DNA of 64,000 nucleotides from Corallococcus sp. Z5C101001 (GTDB lineage Bacteria; Myxococcota; Myxococcia; Myxococcales; Myxococcaceae): NCBI RefSeq assembly GCF_007352635.1, contig NZ_VKLU01000005.1, positions 507,940 to 571,939 of the forward strand, read 5' to 3'. Shown piece by piece: positions 55,463 to 64,000 of this stretch (position 1 is its first letter; each line of letters starts with the position of its first letter). The notes under the pieces were generated by a model. It saw only the letters and a program-made list of their open reading frames with translations, ran no database searches and was not told where the DNA came from. The position numbers and the translations under genes were made by a program.

Positions 55463-57679
55463 TCACCGGCACTTCAGCTCCGCCTTCTTCGTCGCGACCT
55501 GCTCCGCGATGCCGTCACCCGGCACGGCGTAGTCCTCCACCGCCGTCAGGTCCGAGCAGCTGCCCACCGCGTTCAGCGCGTTCTGCGCCTGCGTCGAGCA
55601 GAAGGCCACCACGCGGTTCAGGTCCGTGTTGCCCTTGTAGAAGTCGAAGCCCAGCTTCCAGATGCGGCAGCCCCGGCGCCGGTCCTCGCGGTCGGCGAAG
55701 TGCTTGCCGCGCAGGTACGACGCGGTCGCCATGTCCTGGAAGATGTTCTTCCGGTAGAACGACAGGTGCGTCTCCGCCAGCTCCGCCATCAGGCGCTTGT
55801 CCGTCGTCAGCGCTTCCTTGAACGGCGCCACGGCGCGCTCGGGGTCGTTGTTGGTGAGCGCGCTCTCGCCCGTCTTGAAGAGCTGATCCACGTTGGACAC
55901 GTCCCGGATGAGGTCGTCCACCTGGGCGTGGTACTGCGCCTGGTCCTCCTTGGAGCGCAGCTTCTGGAGCGTCGCCAGCGCCTCGCTGCCGCGGCCGGTC
56001 CAGTAGTCCATCATCGCCGCCTGGATCAGCTTCGGGGCGTAGCGCGAGTTCATCATCGCGCGCACCTCGCTGGCCTGGTCCGGCCCCAGCTCGTCCTGCG
56101 CCAGGATGTCGGACACCGGGCACGTCCAGGGTATCGCGTTGCGGTCCAGCTTCGTGCGGGCCACCAGGAACTTCACGAACATGGGGTCCTTCGGGCGCCA
56201 CTCGTTCTTGCGCAGGCCGCCCTCCAGGCGGAGCGTCTGACCGATGGGCGGCTCCAGGTCCTCCTTGCTCTGCTTCTGGCACCACACCTCCATGAAGTCC
56301 TGGCAGCGCGGCACCGCGGCGCTCCACTGCGAGTTGGCCAGGTAGCGCTTGCAGTCGTCCTTCGCGCGCTCCACGAAGCGCGCCGCCGTCTCGCGCGCCT
56401 TCGCGCGGGCGCGGCGGAAGTACTCGCTCTCCTTCGGAATCTTGCGCAGCAGCGTCAGGCTGTCCTTCTCGCGGTTGAGCTCGCTGGCCTTCCTCGCGGC
56501 CTCGAAGTTGTCGAAGGCCTCCTTCTCCAGCTTGATGCGCCGGATGAGGTTGTTCGCCTCGACGTTGATGGGATCCTGATCCAGCGCCTTCTCACAGGTG
56601 GCCTCGGCCCGCTCCCAGTTGGGCGCTCCCAGTTCGTTGGAGGCATAGGAGCGGCACTCGCTGAGCAACTCCTGCACCTGCTGCGCGGGATCCAACGGCG
56701 CGGCCGGCCCGGCCTTCGGGTTCTTGCCCGCGCCCGGCCCCACGGACGCCTTCACCACCGCCGCCACCGCCAGGAGCGCGATCACGCCCCCGGCGACCAC
56801 CACCAGCTTGCGTCGGCTGTTGGCCGCGGGCTCACCCCGGCCGCCACGCCGCGCCGGGGGCGCCCCGCCCGACCCCGGACGCCGCACGGGCGTGTCGGAC
56901 GCCTCGTAGGCCATCTCCACCACGCCGAACTGGAGGACATCGCCGGGCTGCAGGTCGACGAACTCCTCGCCCAGCAGCTCGCCGTTGAGCAGGGTGCCGT
57001 TGGCACTGCCCAGGTCGCGCGCCCGCACGACGGTGCCCGCGCGCTCCACCTCCGCGTGCTTGCGGCTCACCGAGTCGTCATCCAGGACGACCGCCGCTGG
57101 CGGCGCCCGGCCCACCAGCACCGTGCCGTTCAGCGGATACGACTTGCCCGCCCACGGCCCCGTCATGCCCTTGAGCATGGGACCCGCGCCCGCGCCCGCC
57201 GCCGCCGCGCCGGCGGGCAGCGACCGCGCCGGCCGCCTCGCCAGGGCCGCACCCTCGGGCTTCGCCGCCCCGTTCTGGGTGGCCTTGGCCCGGATGCTGG
57301 GCATGGCGCGGGTGCCCTTCACGGGCGCGTCCGCGAGCGTCGCGGGGTCGCCGGACGCGGGGACCGCCGCGCGACGGCCGCTGCTGCCCCGGGCGCTCGC
57401 CTTGAGCTTCAGCTCGTAGTCGCCCAGCAGCACCTGCGAGGCCGGCGTCAGCGCCGTGGGCCCCTCGATGCGCTCGCCGTCCACGAAGGTGCCGTTCTGG
57501 CTCCCCCCGTCCTCGACATAGACGGTGTTGCCCTCCACGTAGAGGCGCGCGTGCTGCCGCGACACGCCCCCTTCCGTGAGGACGAGGTCATTGCCCTGCT
57601 GGCGGCCGATCTTCAGCTCGCCGGCGATTTCGTGCTCGTGCTCAGTGCCGTCAGGATGACGGACGACCAGGGTTGCCAT
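55463..57679 (-). CDS. Membrane protein with two N-terminal FHA domains, one TM segment and a TPR/Sel1-like helical C-terminal region
   Basis: FHA 1 'LKIGRQQGNDLVLTEGGVSRQHARL...SQNGTFVDGERI'. FHA 2 'VLVGRAPPAAVVLDDDSVSRKHAEV...SANGTLLNGE'. TM 'LVVVAGGVIALLAVAAVV'. Start 7 nt before the next gene ends. Confidence 0.75.
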   Translation of the reverse strand: MATLVVRHPDGTEHEHEIAGELKIGRQQGNDLVLTEGGVSRQHARLYVEGNTVYVEDGGSQNGTFVDGERIEGPTALTPASQVLLGDYELKLKASARGSSGRRAAVPASGDPATLADAPVKGTRAMPSIRAKATQNGAAKPEGAALARRPARSLPAGAAAAGAGAGPMLKGMTGPWAGKSYPLNGTVLVGRAPPAAVVLDDDSVSRKHAEVERAGTVVRARDLGSANGTLLNGELLGEEFVDLQPGDVLQFGVVEMAYEASDTPVRRPGSGGAPPARRGGRGEPAANSRRKLVVVAGGVIALLAVAAVVKASVGPGAGKNPKAGPAAPLDPAQQVQELLSECRSYASNELGAPNWERAEATCEKALDQDPINVEANNLIRRIKLEKEAFDNFEAARKASELNREKDSLTLLRKIPKESEYFRRARAKARETAARFVERAKDDCKRYLANSQWSAAVPRCQDFMEVWCQKQSKEDLEPPIGQTLRLEGGLRKNEWRPKDPMFVKFLVARTKLDRNAIPWTCPVSDILAQDELGPDQASEVRAMMNSRYAPKLIQAAMMDYWTGRGSEALATLQKLRSKEDQAQYHAQVDDLIRDVSNVDQLFKTGESALTNNDPERAVAPFKEALTTDKRLMAELAETHLSFYRKNIFQDMATASYLRGKHFADREDRRRGCRIWKLGFDFYKGNTDLNRVVAFCSTQAQNALNAVGSCSDLTAVEDYAVPGDGIAEQVATKKAELKCR

Positions 57680-57686
57680 GGGCGCG

Positions 57687-59453
57687 TCAGTCCTCGCGGA
57701 AGATGCTCATGTTGACCGGAATGCCCTTGCGCTGGAGCTCGTCGTAGAACTTCGGGACGAAGCCCGAAGCCACATAGCGCCCCCGCACCTTGTGGTCCTC
57801 CGTGAAGCCGTCCTGCTTGAAATAGAAGATGTCCTGGAGGGTCACGATGTCGACCTCCATGCCGGACACCTCCGTGATGAAGCAGATCTTGCGCGTGCCG
57901 TCGGAGAAGCGCGTCTGCTGCACGATGAGGTGCACGGCGCTGGCGATCTGCTCGCGGATGGCCTTCACCGGCAGCTCCATGCCGGACATGAGCACCATCG
58001 TCTCCAGCCGCGCGATGGCGTCTCGCGGCGTGTTCGCGTGCAGCGTGGTGAGCGAACCGTCGTGGCCGGTGTTCATCGCCTGGAGCATGTCCAGCGTCTC
58101 ACCGGAGCGGCACTCACCCACGACGATGCGGTCGGGCCGCATGCGCAGGCAGTTCTTCACCAGCTCGCGGATGGTGATGGCGCCCTTGCCTTCCAGGTTG
58201 GGCGGGCGGCTCTCCAGCTGCACCCAGTGGTCCTGCGGCAGCTGCAGCTCCGCGGCGTCCTCCACCGTGATGATGCGCTCGCCCTCGGGAATGAAGGAGC
58301 TGATGATGTTCAGCGTCGTCGTCTTGCCGGAGCCGGTGCCGCCGGAGATGACGATGTTGCGGCGGGCCGTGACACACATCTCCAGGAACTCGGCCATCTG
58401 CGCCGTGACCGTCTTGTACTTGATGAGGTCCTGGATCTTCAGCGCGTCCTTCTTGAACTTGCGGATGGTGATGCAGGGGCCCTTGAGCGCCAGCGGCGGG
58501 ATGATGGCGTTGACGCGGCTGCCGTCCTTGAGGCGCGCGTCCACCAGCGGGCTGGACTCGTCGATGCGCCGACCGATGGGCGCCACGATGCGCTCGATGA
58601 CGCCGAGCACCGCCTGGTTGGAGGAGAACGTCTTCTCCGACAGGGTCAGCTTGCCCTTGCGCTCGATGTAGATCTGGTTGGCGTGGTTCACCATGATCTC
58701 GCTGATCTCTTCCGACGCGAGGAACGCCTCCAGGGGCCCCAGGCCCAGCGCCTCGTTGATGACGTCGGTGAGCAGCTCCTCGCGGTCCACGTCCGTCGGA
58801 AGCTCTCCGTCCGCCTCCATCTGGTCGATGATGTCGCGGATGGCCTTCTCGGTGCGGCGCCACAGCTCCTCGTCCCCGAGCCGGTCCATGTCCATCCGGC
58901 GCAGGTCCAGGTACTCGATGAGCCGGTCGTGGATCTCCTTCTGGAGCCGCGAGTAGCGCTCCAGCCGGGGGTCCACCTTGCGCTTGTTCTTCGCCATGGC
59001 CGCGGCCATGGACGCGGGCATGCGGCTGGGAGCGGCGGCGGCGGGCGGCGGCGCCTCCTCCTCGTAGGGCTCCTCCTCCTCGTAGGGCTCTTCCTCCTCG
59101 TAGGCCTCCTCGCCCTGCTCCTCGTCGTAGGCCTCGTCGGCGGGCTCATCCTGGGGCGCGTCGTCCAGCGCCTCCACGTTGAGGATGTAGTCGCCGATGG
59201 AGACCTGGTCGGTGGGCTTGAGCACCATGGGCCCGGCGATCTTCTTGCCGTTCACGAAGGTGCCGTTCGTGGACTTCATGTCCACGATGATGAAGCGCCC
59301 GTCCTTTTCGACGATGCGGGAGTGGGTCTTGGAGACGTTTCCCTTGGCGAGGACGATGTCGTTGCCAGCGAGCCGGCCGATCGTGATCTCGTTCTTGGGA
59401 TACTCCCGCTGCTCCGACCCGCCGCCCTTCTCCGTCAGCGTGATGAGAAACAT
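57687..59453 (-). CDS. CpaF/TadA-type secretion ATPase with N-terminal FHA domain (KilF-like)
   Basis: FHA 'ITIGRLAGNDIVLAKGNVSKTHSRI...STNGTFVNGKKI'. Walker A 'GGTGSGKTTTLN'. 'ITVEDAAELQL', 'VGECRSGE' and 'GHDGSLTTLHAN' are CpaF/VirB11-family boxes. An acidic YEEEEP linker separates the two domains. Confidence 0.85.
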   Translation of the reverse strand: MFLITLTEKGGGSEQREYPKNEITIGRLAGNDIVLAKGNVSKTHSRIVEKDGRFIIVDMKSTNGTFVNGKKIAGPMVLKPTDQVSIGDYILNVEALDDAPQDEPADEAYDEEQGEEAYEEEEPYEEEEPYEEEAPPPAAAAPSRMPASMAAAMAKNKRKVDPRLERYSRLQKEIHDRLIEYLDLRRMDMDRLGDEELWRRTEKAIRDIIDQMEADGELPTDVDREELLTDVINEALGLGPLEAFLASEEISEIMVNHANQIYIERKGKLTLSEKTFSSNQAVLGVIERIVAPIGRRIDESSPLVDARLKDGSRVNAIIPPLALKGPCITIRKFKKDALKIQDLIKYKTVTAQMAEFLEMCVTARRNIVISGGTGSGKTTTLNIISSFIPEGERIITVEDAAELQLPQDHWVQLESRPPNLEGKGAITIRELVKNCLRMRPDRIVVGECRSGETLDMLQAMNTGHDGSLTTLHANTPRDAIARLETMVLMSGMELPVKAIREQIASAVHLIVQQTRFSDGTRKICFITEVSGMEVDIVTLQDIFYFKQDGFTEDHKVRGRYVASGFVPKFYDELQRKGIPVNMSIFRED

Positions 59454-59616
59454 GGGCAGGGATGCTACCAAGCCATCCCACGACCTCAAAGACTCCTGCG
59501 ACGCTCGCTCGCCTGCCCGCAAACGGAAGGGCCGGCACCCTCCCCCCAGCAGCGGGGAACGGGGCCGGCCCTGACCGGATCCAACAGAGGTGTCGCGCCC
59601 GTGGCGGGCGCCTGCC

Positions 59617-61065
59617 TCAGTCGAAGATGTTGAAGTTCACCTCGGAACGGGCCTGCTTGTAGCGGGTCTTCACGTCCTCGATGATGCTCCGGACCTTGTC
59701 CGAGTCCGGGTTCACGATGCGCGGGGTGACGAAGATCACCAGCTCGCGCTTGGTGGAGTCGAACGCGCGGTTCTTGAACAGTTCGCCCACGATGGGGATG
59801 TTGCCCAGGCCCGGCAGCTTCGCGACGGCCTTCTGCTCGTCGTGGCTGAACACACCCGACAGCACGATGGTCTCACCGTGGCGCACGGTGACGTTCGTCT
59901 TCACCTTGCGGGTGCGGAAGCCGGGGATGGCGGACGAACCACCGAAGGACACCGACACGGAGGTGTCGATTTCAGAGGCCTCCGCCTCCACCTCCGTCTG
60001 GATGTTGCCGTTGCGGTCCGCGGTCGGGCGGATCTTCAGGATGACGCCGTAGGGCTTGTACTCCACCGTGAACTGCGTGTTGGTGATGAGCGGGATGGGC
60101 ACCTCGCCGCCGGCGAGGAACTCCGCCTTCTCACCGCTGGCGCAGACCAGCTTGGGCTGCGCCAGCAGGCGGCCGTAGCCGTCATTGGACTGGAAGCCGA
60201 TGCTCAGGTCCGAGCCGCCCGTCGCGCCCAGGATGAGGCCGGAGACGGCGTCCGCGGAGGGGATGAGCGACTTGGTCAGGTTGACGGTCGCGGTGAGCGA
60301 GCCGGTGATGTCCGTGGGGTACTTGATGCCGTAGCGGTCGCGGCTGTTGCGCCGGATTTCCACGAACTGGACCTCGGAGAGGATCATCCGCTTGATGCCG
60401 ACGACGAGCAGGTTCTCCACCTTCTCGCCAATGGCCTTGGTGATGAGCTCCGCCTTCTGCAGATCCTGCTGGCTCTCCACGGAGCCCTCCAGGAAGATGG
60501 TCGCGCCCACCACGTTGGCCTGCACGTTCTTCAGGCCCGCCTTCTGGAAGGCCGCGTTCAGGTTCTGGGCGACCAGCTTCTTCGCGTTGGGGGCGATCTT
60601 CACGAACGACTTCACGTTCGGGTAGAGGCTCACCACCTGCTCGATGCGGTCCGCGTCCTGCGTGGTGTACGCCTGACCGTCCAGGTAGATGCGGTCACCC
60701 ACCATGCGCACGGACACACCTTCGATTTCACCCAGGAGGCGCTTGATCTCCGAGATGACCTCGTTGGGGTCCTGCTTGCGGACCGTCACCAGGTAGCTGA
60801 TGCGCTGCCCGGAGGACTTCCACACCAGCAGCGTCGTCTTGCCTTCCTGGTTACCGGTGACGAGCAGCTGGCCGGTGCCCAGCGTCTTCACCTCGGCGAT
60901 GGACGGATCGCCCAGCGCGACGCGGCTGAGGCCGGGGATGGTGAGCACCTTCTGGGTACCCACGCCCAGGCTGACGGTGCTGCCCTCCTGGGCAAGGGCG
61001 GGGGCAGCGGCCACCAGGGTGACGAGGGCGCTGAGCGCCAGGGCTTGCGTGAAGCGAGTGGACAT
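59617..61065 (-). CDS. Secretin of the CpaC/RcpA (Tad/type II-III secretion) family
   Basis: Signal peptide 'MSTRFTQALALSALVTLVAAAPALA'. N-terminal BON/beta-barrel-like domains. C-terminal secretin domain 'VKTNVTVRHGETIVLSGVF...LPGLGNIPIVGELFK...TKRELVIFVTPRIV'. Confidence 0.85.
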   Translation of the reverse strand: MSTRFTQALALSALVTLVAAAPALAQEGSTVSLGVGTQKVLTIPGLSRVALGDPSIAEVKTLGTGQLLVTGNQEGKTTLLVWKSSGQRISYLVTVRKQDPNEVISEIKRLLGEIEGVSVRMVGDRIYLDGQAYTTQDADRIEQVVSLYPNVKSFVKIAPNAKKLVAQNLNAAFQKAGLKNVQANVVGATIFLEGSVESQQDLQKAELITKAIGEKVENLLVVGIKRMILSEVQFVEIRRNSRDRYGIKYPTDITGSLTATVNLTKSLIPSADAVSGLILGATGGSDLSIGFQSNDGYGRLLAQPKLVCASGEKAEFLAGGEVPIPLITNTQFTVEYKPYGVILKIRPTADRNGNIQTEVEAEASEIDTSVSVSFGGSSAIPGFRTRKVKTNVTVRHGETIVLSGVFSHDEQKAVAKLPGLGNIPIVGELFKNRAFDSTKRELVIFVTPRIVNPDSDKVRSIIEDVKTRYKQARSEVNFNIFD

Positions 61066-61110
61066 CGTGTGAATCCCCTTCTTGCGTGCGCGCGCCCGGA
61101 CGCCGGCGCG

Positions 61111-61647
61111 CTATCCCAGATGTTGTTGCTGCCACCACATGGCCCAGAAAGTCCCGAGCGCGATGGAGACGCCGTAGGGGATGTGTCGCACGGGAGCGGG
61201 CGAGGTTTCCTCGCGCAGCCATTTCATGCGCACCGCCCAGCGGCGAACCACCCCCGCCAGCGTGTCCCAGACGGCCCCCTGCCACAGCAGCGTGACGACC
61301 GCCTGCAGCGCTCCCACCAGCGAAATGAAGGCCGCCGCCGCGAGCACCGTGGGGAAGCCCAGCACGCAGCCCACGGCCGCCATCAGCTTGACGTCACCCC
61401 ACCCCATGCGCCCGCGCAGCGCACCCGGCACCAGCAGCAGCGCGAGCCCCGCGCCCGCCAGCACCCCGCTCACCAACCCCGTCTCCAGCCCACCCACCCC
61501 TTCGGACACCCCGCGCACCCCGAGCCCCAGCACGATGAGCGGATAGGTCACGGCGTTCGGGATGAGCCGGCGCAGCACGTCGCTCACCGCCGCAATCACG
61601 AGGGCCACTCCCAGAATCGTCCAAAGCGCGAGCTGAACAGGTGTCAT
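61111..61647 (-). CDS. Prepilin peptidase of the CpaA/TadV (A24) family
   Basis: Polytopic membrane protein. 'AAVSDVLRRLIPN' (first catalytic Asp) and 'GWGDVKLMAAVGCVLG' (second Asp) are typical of CpaA. Confidence 0.8.
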   Translation of the reverse strand: MTPVQLALWTILGVALVIAAVSDVLRRLIPNAVTYPLIVLGLGVRGVSEGVGGLETGLVSGVLAGAGLALLLVPGALRGRMGWGDVKLMAAVGCVLGFPTVLAAAAFISLVGALQAVVTLLWQGAVWDTLAGVVRRWAVRMKWLREETSPAPVRHIPYGVSIALGTFWAMWWQQQHLG

Positions 61648-61751
61648 TCGGCACCTGCTTCCCTGGGAAGCAGGCGACCCCCATCAAACAATGGAGGCCT
61701 GGAGCCCGTCAATTCCTGAACAAGACCCTCGTACCGTGGGGCTCTGCGTCA

Positions 61752-62609
61752 TCAGTGGATGACGAGGCGGATCTTCTCGCTGCAGATGAAGTACTCGTCC
61801 CCGTCCTCGACCTTGCGGCGCTTGATGCGCTGCTTGTTGAACCAGGTCCCGTTCGAGGAGCCGAGGTCTTCGATGTAGAAGTCCCCGCCGTCACGGGCGA
61901 TGACGGCGTGCTCGCGTGACACCTTGCCGGAGTTGATGACGAAGTCGCAGTGCTTGCCGCGGCCGATGACGTAGCGGTCCTTGACGATCTTCTCTTCCTC
62001 GCCGGACTCCATGACCAGGTAGAGCGCCGCGCCCTCCTCTTCGGCCTCCTCCGCCTGCTCCTCCTCGGCCTCCTCCGGCGGCTCGTCCTCCATCTCGTCG
62101 AGCGGCGGATCCTCCTGCTCCGGCAGGGGCTCCTCCTCGTCCTCGATCATGTCGTCGGCGGAGGGCGGAGGCGGCTCGTTCTTGCCCTTGATGAGCCGCT
62201 CCAGCTCGGCGGCCGTCTCCAGGACGCGCTCGGCGACCTCGCGGCGCACCGGATCATTGTCCAGGCCGTTGGAGGACGGGCGCTCGTCCACGTTGCGCGC
62301 GGAGGGCCGGGCGGCGGGAGCCTCGGCGCGCGCGGGCGCGAGCACCGGCGGCCCGCTCTTGGCCGCGGCGGCCGGCGGCGGCGCGGAGACCGGGCGCGGA
62401 GACGGCGTGGGCGACGGCACGGCCGCCACCGCCGGCTCCGCCTTCGTCCTCACGTCGATGAAGCCGTTGAGGCGCGCGAACATGAACAGCGCCTGATTGA
62501 TGAGCGCGTCGCGATCCGACCCCATCTGCTGGGCCATCTCTTCGTACGTCTCCCACAGGTGCTCGGCGATGCCGACCTTGCGTGCGGGACGGGAGTTCTG
62601 ATCGATCAT
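61752..62609 (-). CDS. FHA-domain protein with acidic Pro/Glu-rich N-terminal region
   Basis: C-terminal FHA 'YVIGRGKHCDFVINSGKVSREHAVIARDGGDFYIEDLGSSNGTWFNKQRI'. Confidence 0.75.
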   Translation of the reverse strand: MIDQNSRPARKVGIAEHLWETYEEMAQQMGSDRDALINQALFMFARLNGFIDVRTKAEPAVAAVPSPTPSPRPVSAPPPAAAAKSGPPVLAPARAEAPAARPSARNVDERPSSNGLDNDPVRREVAERVLETAAELERLIKGKNEPPPPSADDMIEDEEEPLPEQEDPPLDEMEDEPPEEAEEEQAEEAEEEGAALYLVMESGEEEKIVKDRYVIGRGKHCDFVINSGKVSREHAVIARDGGDFYIEDLGSSNGTWFNKQRIKRRKVEDGDEYFICSEKIRLVIH

Positions 62610-62672
62610 CGTTCTTGGCTCGGGAAATGCTGGACCTGGGGGACGATACCAGAGCCGGCCGGGGCCGCCCAG

Positions 62673-63965
62673 TTACTGGAAGGCCCGGAGATACTGGAGG
62701 TTCAACGCGTTGTCGCTGATCGACTCCAGGGCCACCTGGAGCACGCCGTCCGCCGAGGGATACGCGATGTAGGCGAGGCTCGAGCCGTCCACGTCCGTGG
62801 CGACCACGGTCCCAGGCAGGGTGTAGGCCGCCAGGTTGCTCGTCGAGCTGGTGTCCACGCCGAAGACGAACCGGCGGAAGCGCGGCAGCAGCGTCACCAC
62901 GTAGCGGTCCCCCGGGTTCAGGCGCGTGGCGTCCGCGAACGTCGCCGTCAGCGTGAGCTTGAGCGGCGCGGGCACGTAGGTGGTGGGCGACTTGGGCGGG
63001 CTCAGCCCCAGGTCGAAGCCATTCGGGTGGTAGTAGTAGTCCAGGAAGCTGGAGACCGTGTAGGGCTCGTTGATGTCCAGCCGCTGCACGAAGGTATCGC
63101 TGGTCTCCAGGCCCGAATAGAGCACGTAGGGCTTCACGAGCGGCCCCGCGCGCACGGAGAAGTACGGGTATGTAGCGCAGGCCTCCAGCGCGGCGGCGGT
63201 GGTCGCGTCCGTCGTGTCCGCGAAGAGCCGCGTGAAGCCGTTGCCCTGATCCTCCAGGCGGAGGATCCGGACGGGCTGCGGACAGTTGCCGCCGTTGTTC
63301 GACAGCACCAAGGAATCGCCGGGAACCACGCCGCGCGAGACGGCCAGCTCCGTTTCAATCAGCAGCGGCGGGTCGGTCACGGTCAGGTCGCGCGTCAGGT
63401 TGAGCAGCCCCGGAAGCAGGCCCTGGTAGACGAAGCGGTAGGTCCCGTTGGGGACCGTCCCGTTGCAGAGGAAGGCCGTGGCGTTGGTCGCCTCCACCTG
63501 CGGGCAGCCCGGCTCCACCACGGTGATGGCCTGGAACTGGTCCGACCGGGCGACCTCGTTGCCGTCGCGCAGCTCCACGGTCACCGACGAGTCCAAGGAG
63601 ACGATCTTCTCCACGTTGGTCACGGGATCCGTCGTGACGGTGCGATCCAGGTTGAACGCGCGCAGCTCGTCGGCGCGGAACAGGGTGATCTCCCCGCTGG
63701 ACGACGGCATGATGCCCAGCAGCGGGATGGCGGTGAGGTACGCGACGCTGTTCGCGAGCAGCTCCCGCACCTCCAAACCCGAGCGCAGGGTGAGCCCCGT
63801 GGGCAGGCCCGCGGACGGTCGCAGGGTCAACATGGCCGCGCCGGTGACGTCGCGGGCGAGCACGGGCGCCGCGGACGGCACCAGCGGATCCGGCCCGTTG
63901 TCGAGCGCGATGATGCCCTCGCAATCCGACGAGACGCACGTGAGCTCGTCGAGCACCACGTACAC
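62673..63965 (-). CDS. Hypothetical Thr/Ser-rich, probably secreted protein; may be 5'-partial with its start beyond the window
   Basis: Long ORF immediately upstream of the FHA/Tad-like genes on the same strand. No recognised domain. Confidence 0.4.
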   Translation of the reverse strand: MYVVLDELTCVSSDCEGIIALDNGPDPLVPSAAPVLARDVTGAAMLTLRPSAGLPTGLTLRSGLEVRELLANSVAYLTAIPLLGIMPSSSGEITLFRADELRAFNLDRTVTTDPVTNVEKIVSLDSSVTVELRDGNEVARSDQFQAITVVEPGCPQVEATNATAFLCNGTVPNGTYRFVYQGLLPGLLNLTRDLTVTDPPLLIETELAVSRGVVPGDSLVLSNNGGNCPQPVRILRLEDQGNGFTRLFADTTDATTAAALEACATYPYFSVRAGPLVKPYVLYSGLETSDTFVQRLDINEPYTVSSFLDYYYHPNGFDLGLSPPKSPTTYVPAPLKLTLTATFADATRLNPGDRYVVTLLPRFRRFVFGVDTSSTSNLAAYTLPGTVVATDVDGSSLAYIAYPSADGVLQVALESISDNALNLQYLRAFQ

Positions 63966-64000
63966 GTAGCGACCCGCGGGGACCGGGTTGGCCTCGCTGC

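Overview
This 64 kb window is about 70% GC, gene-dense chromosomal DNA of myxobacterial type. That attribution is an inference from a MYXO-CTERM sorting tail, several FHA-domain proteins around a Tad-like secretion ATPase, secretin and prepilin peptidase, a cytoplasmic chemosensory (che) cluster, and pervasive ATGA/GTGA start-stop overlaps. I found no rRNA, tRNA, CRISPR array, transposase or integrase by eye.

Gene content, left to right:
- 1..9387: a LuxR-family regulator running off the left edge, then a chemosensory operon (cheA, cheW, a cytoplasmic MCP whose sensor is a truncated-hemoglobin domain plus PAS domains, an ABC1/UbiB-family kinase, an ABM monooxygenase-like protein, cheB, cheR).
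- 9377..17408: a lipid kinase; an operon of a Fic-domain protein with two tandem paralogous genes of unknown function; an Hsp20; a PhzF-family isomerase; an ArsR regulator divergent from a P450-ABM pair.
- 17529..30676: many secreted or cell-wall-directed proteins (M1 aminopeptidase, a three-fold tandem-repeat secreted protein, a LysM/C39-like protein, a HExxH metalloprotease with a MYXO-CTERM tail, a (TDAG)n repeat lipoprotein, and further downstream PBP4 and a prolyl oligopeptidase).
- 30770..33214: an unmistakable homolog of the eukaryotic major vault protein (MVP). It sits in a same-strand gene string with an RdgC-like gene that appears split across two overlapping frames and with the secreted lipoprotein and protease. 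This is the most striking locus in the window.
- 34731..52347: PBP4 and a prolyl oligopeptidase; then a two-domain NDT/SLOG-like protein divergent from a tandem cNMP-binding protein; an orphan MbtH-like gene; a LuxR regulator with a degenerate receiver; an RDD-SpoIIM-like pair; DivIVA and YggU.
- 52701..63965: DNA polymerase I, then a Tad-like secretion module of Kil type (2xFHA-TPR protein, FHA-CpaF ATPase, CpaC secretin, prepilin peptidase, FHA protein).

The long (600-1400 aa) opposite-strand ORFs in the six-frame track are GC-rich frame artifacts and are rejected. Internal start coordinates were derived by arithmetic from the ORF track; structure coordinates read from the sequence lines may be off by about 1 nt.
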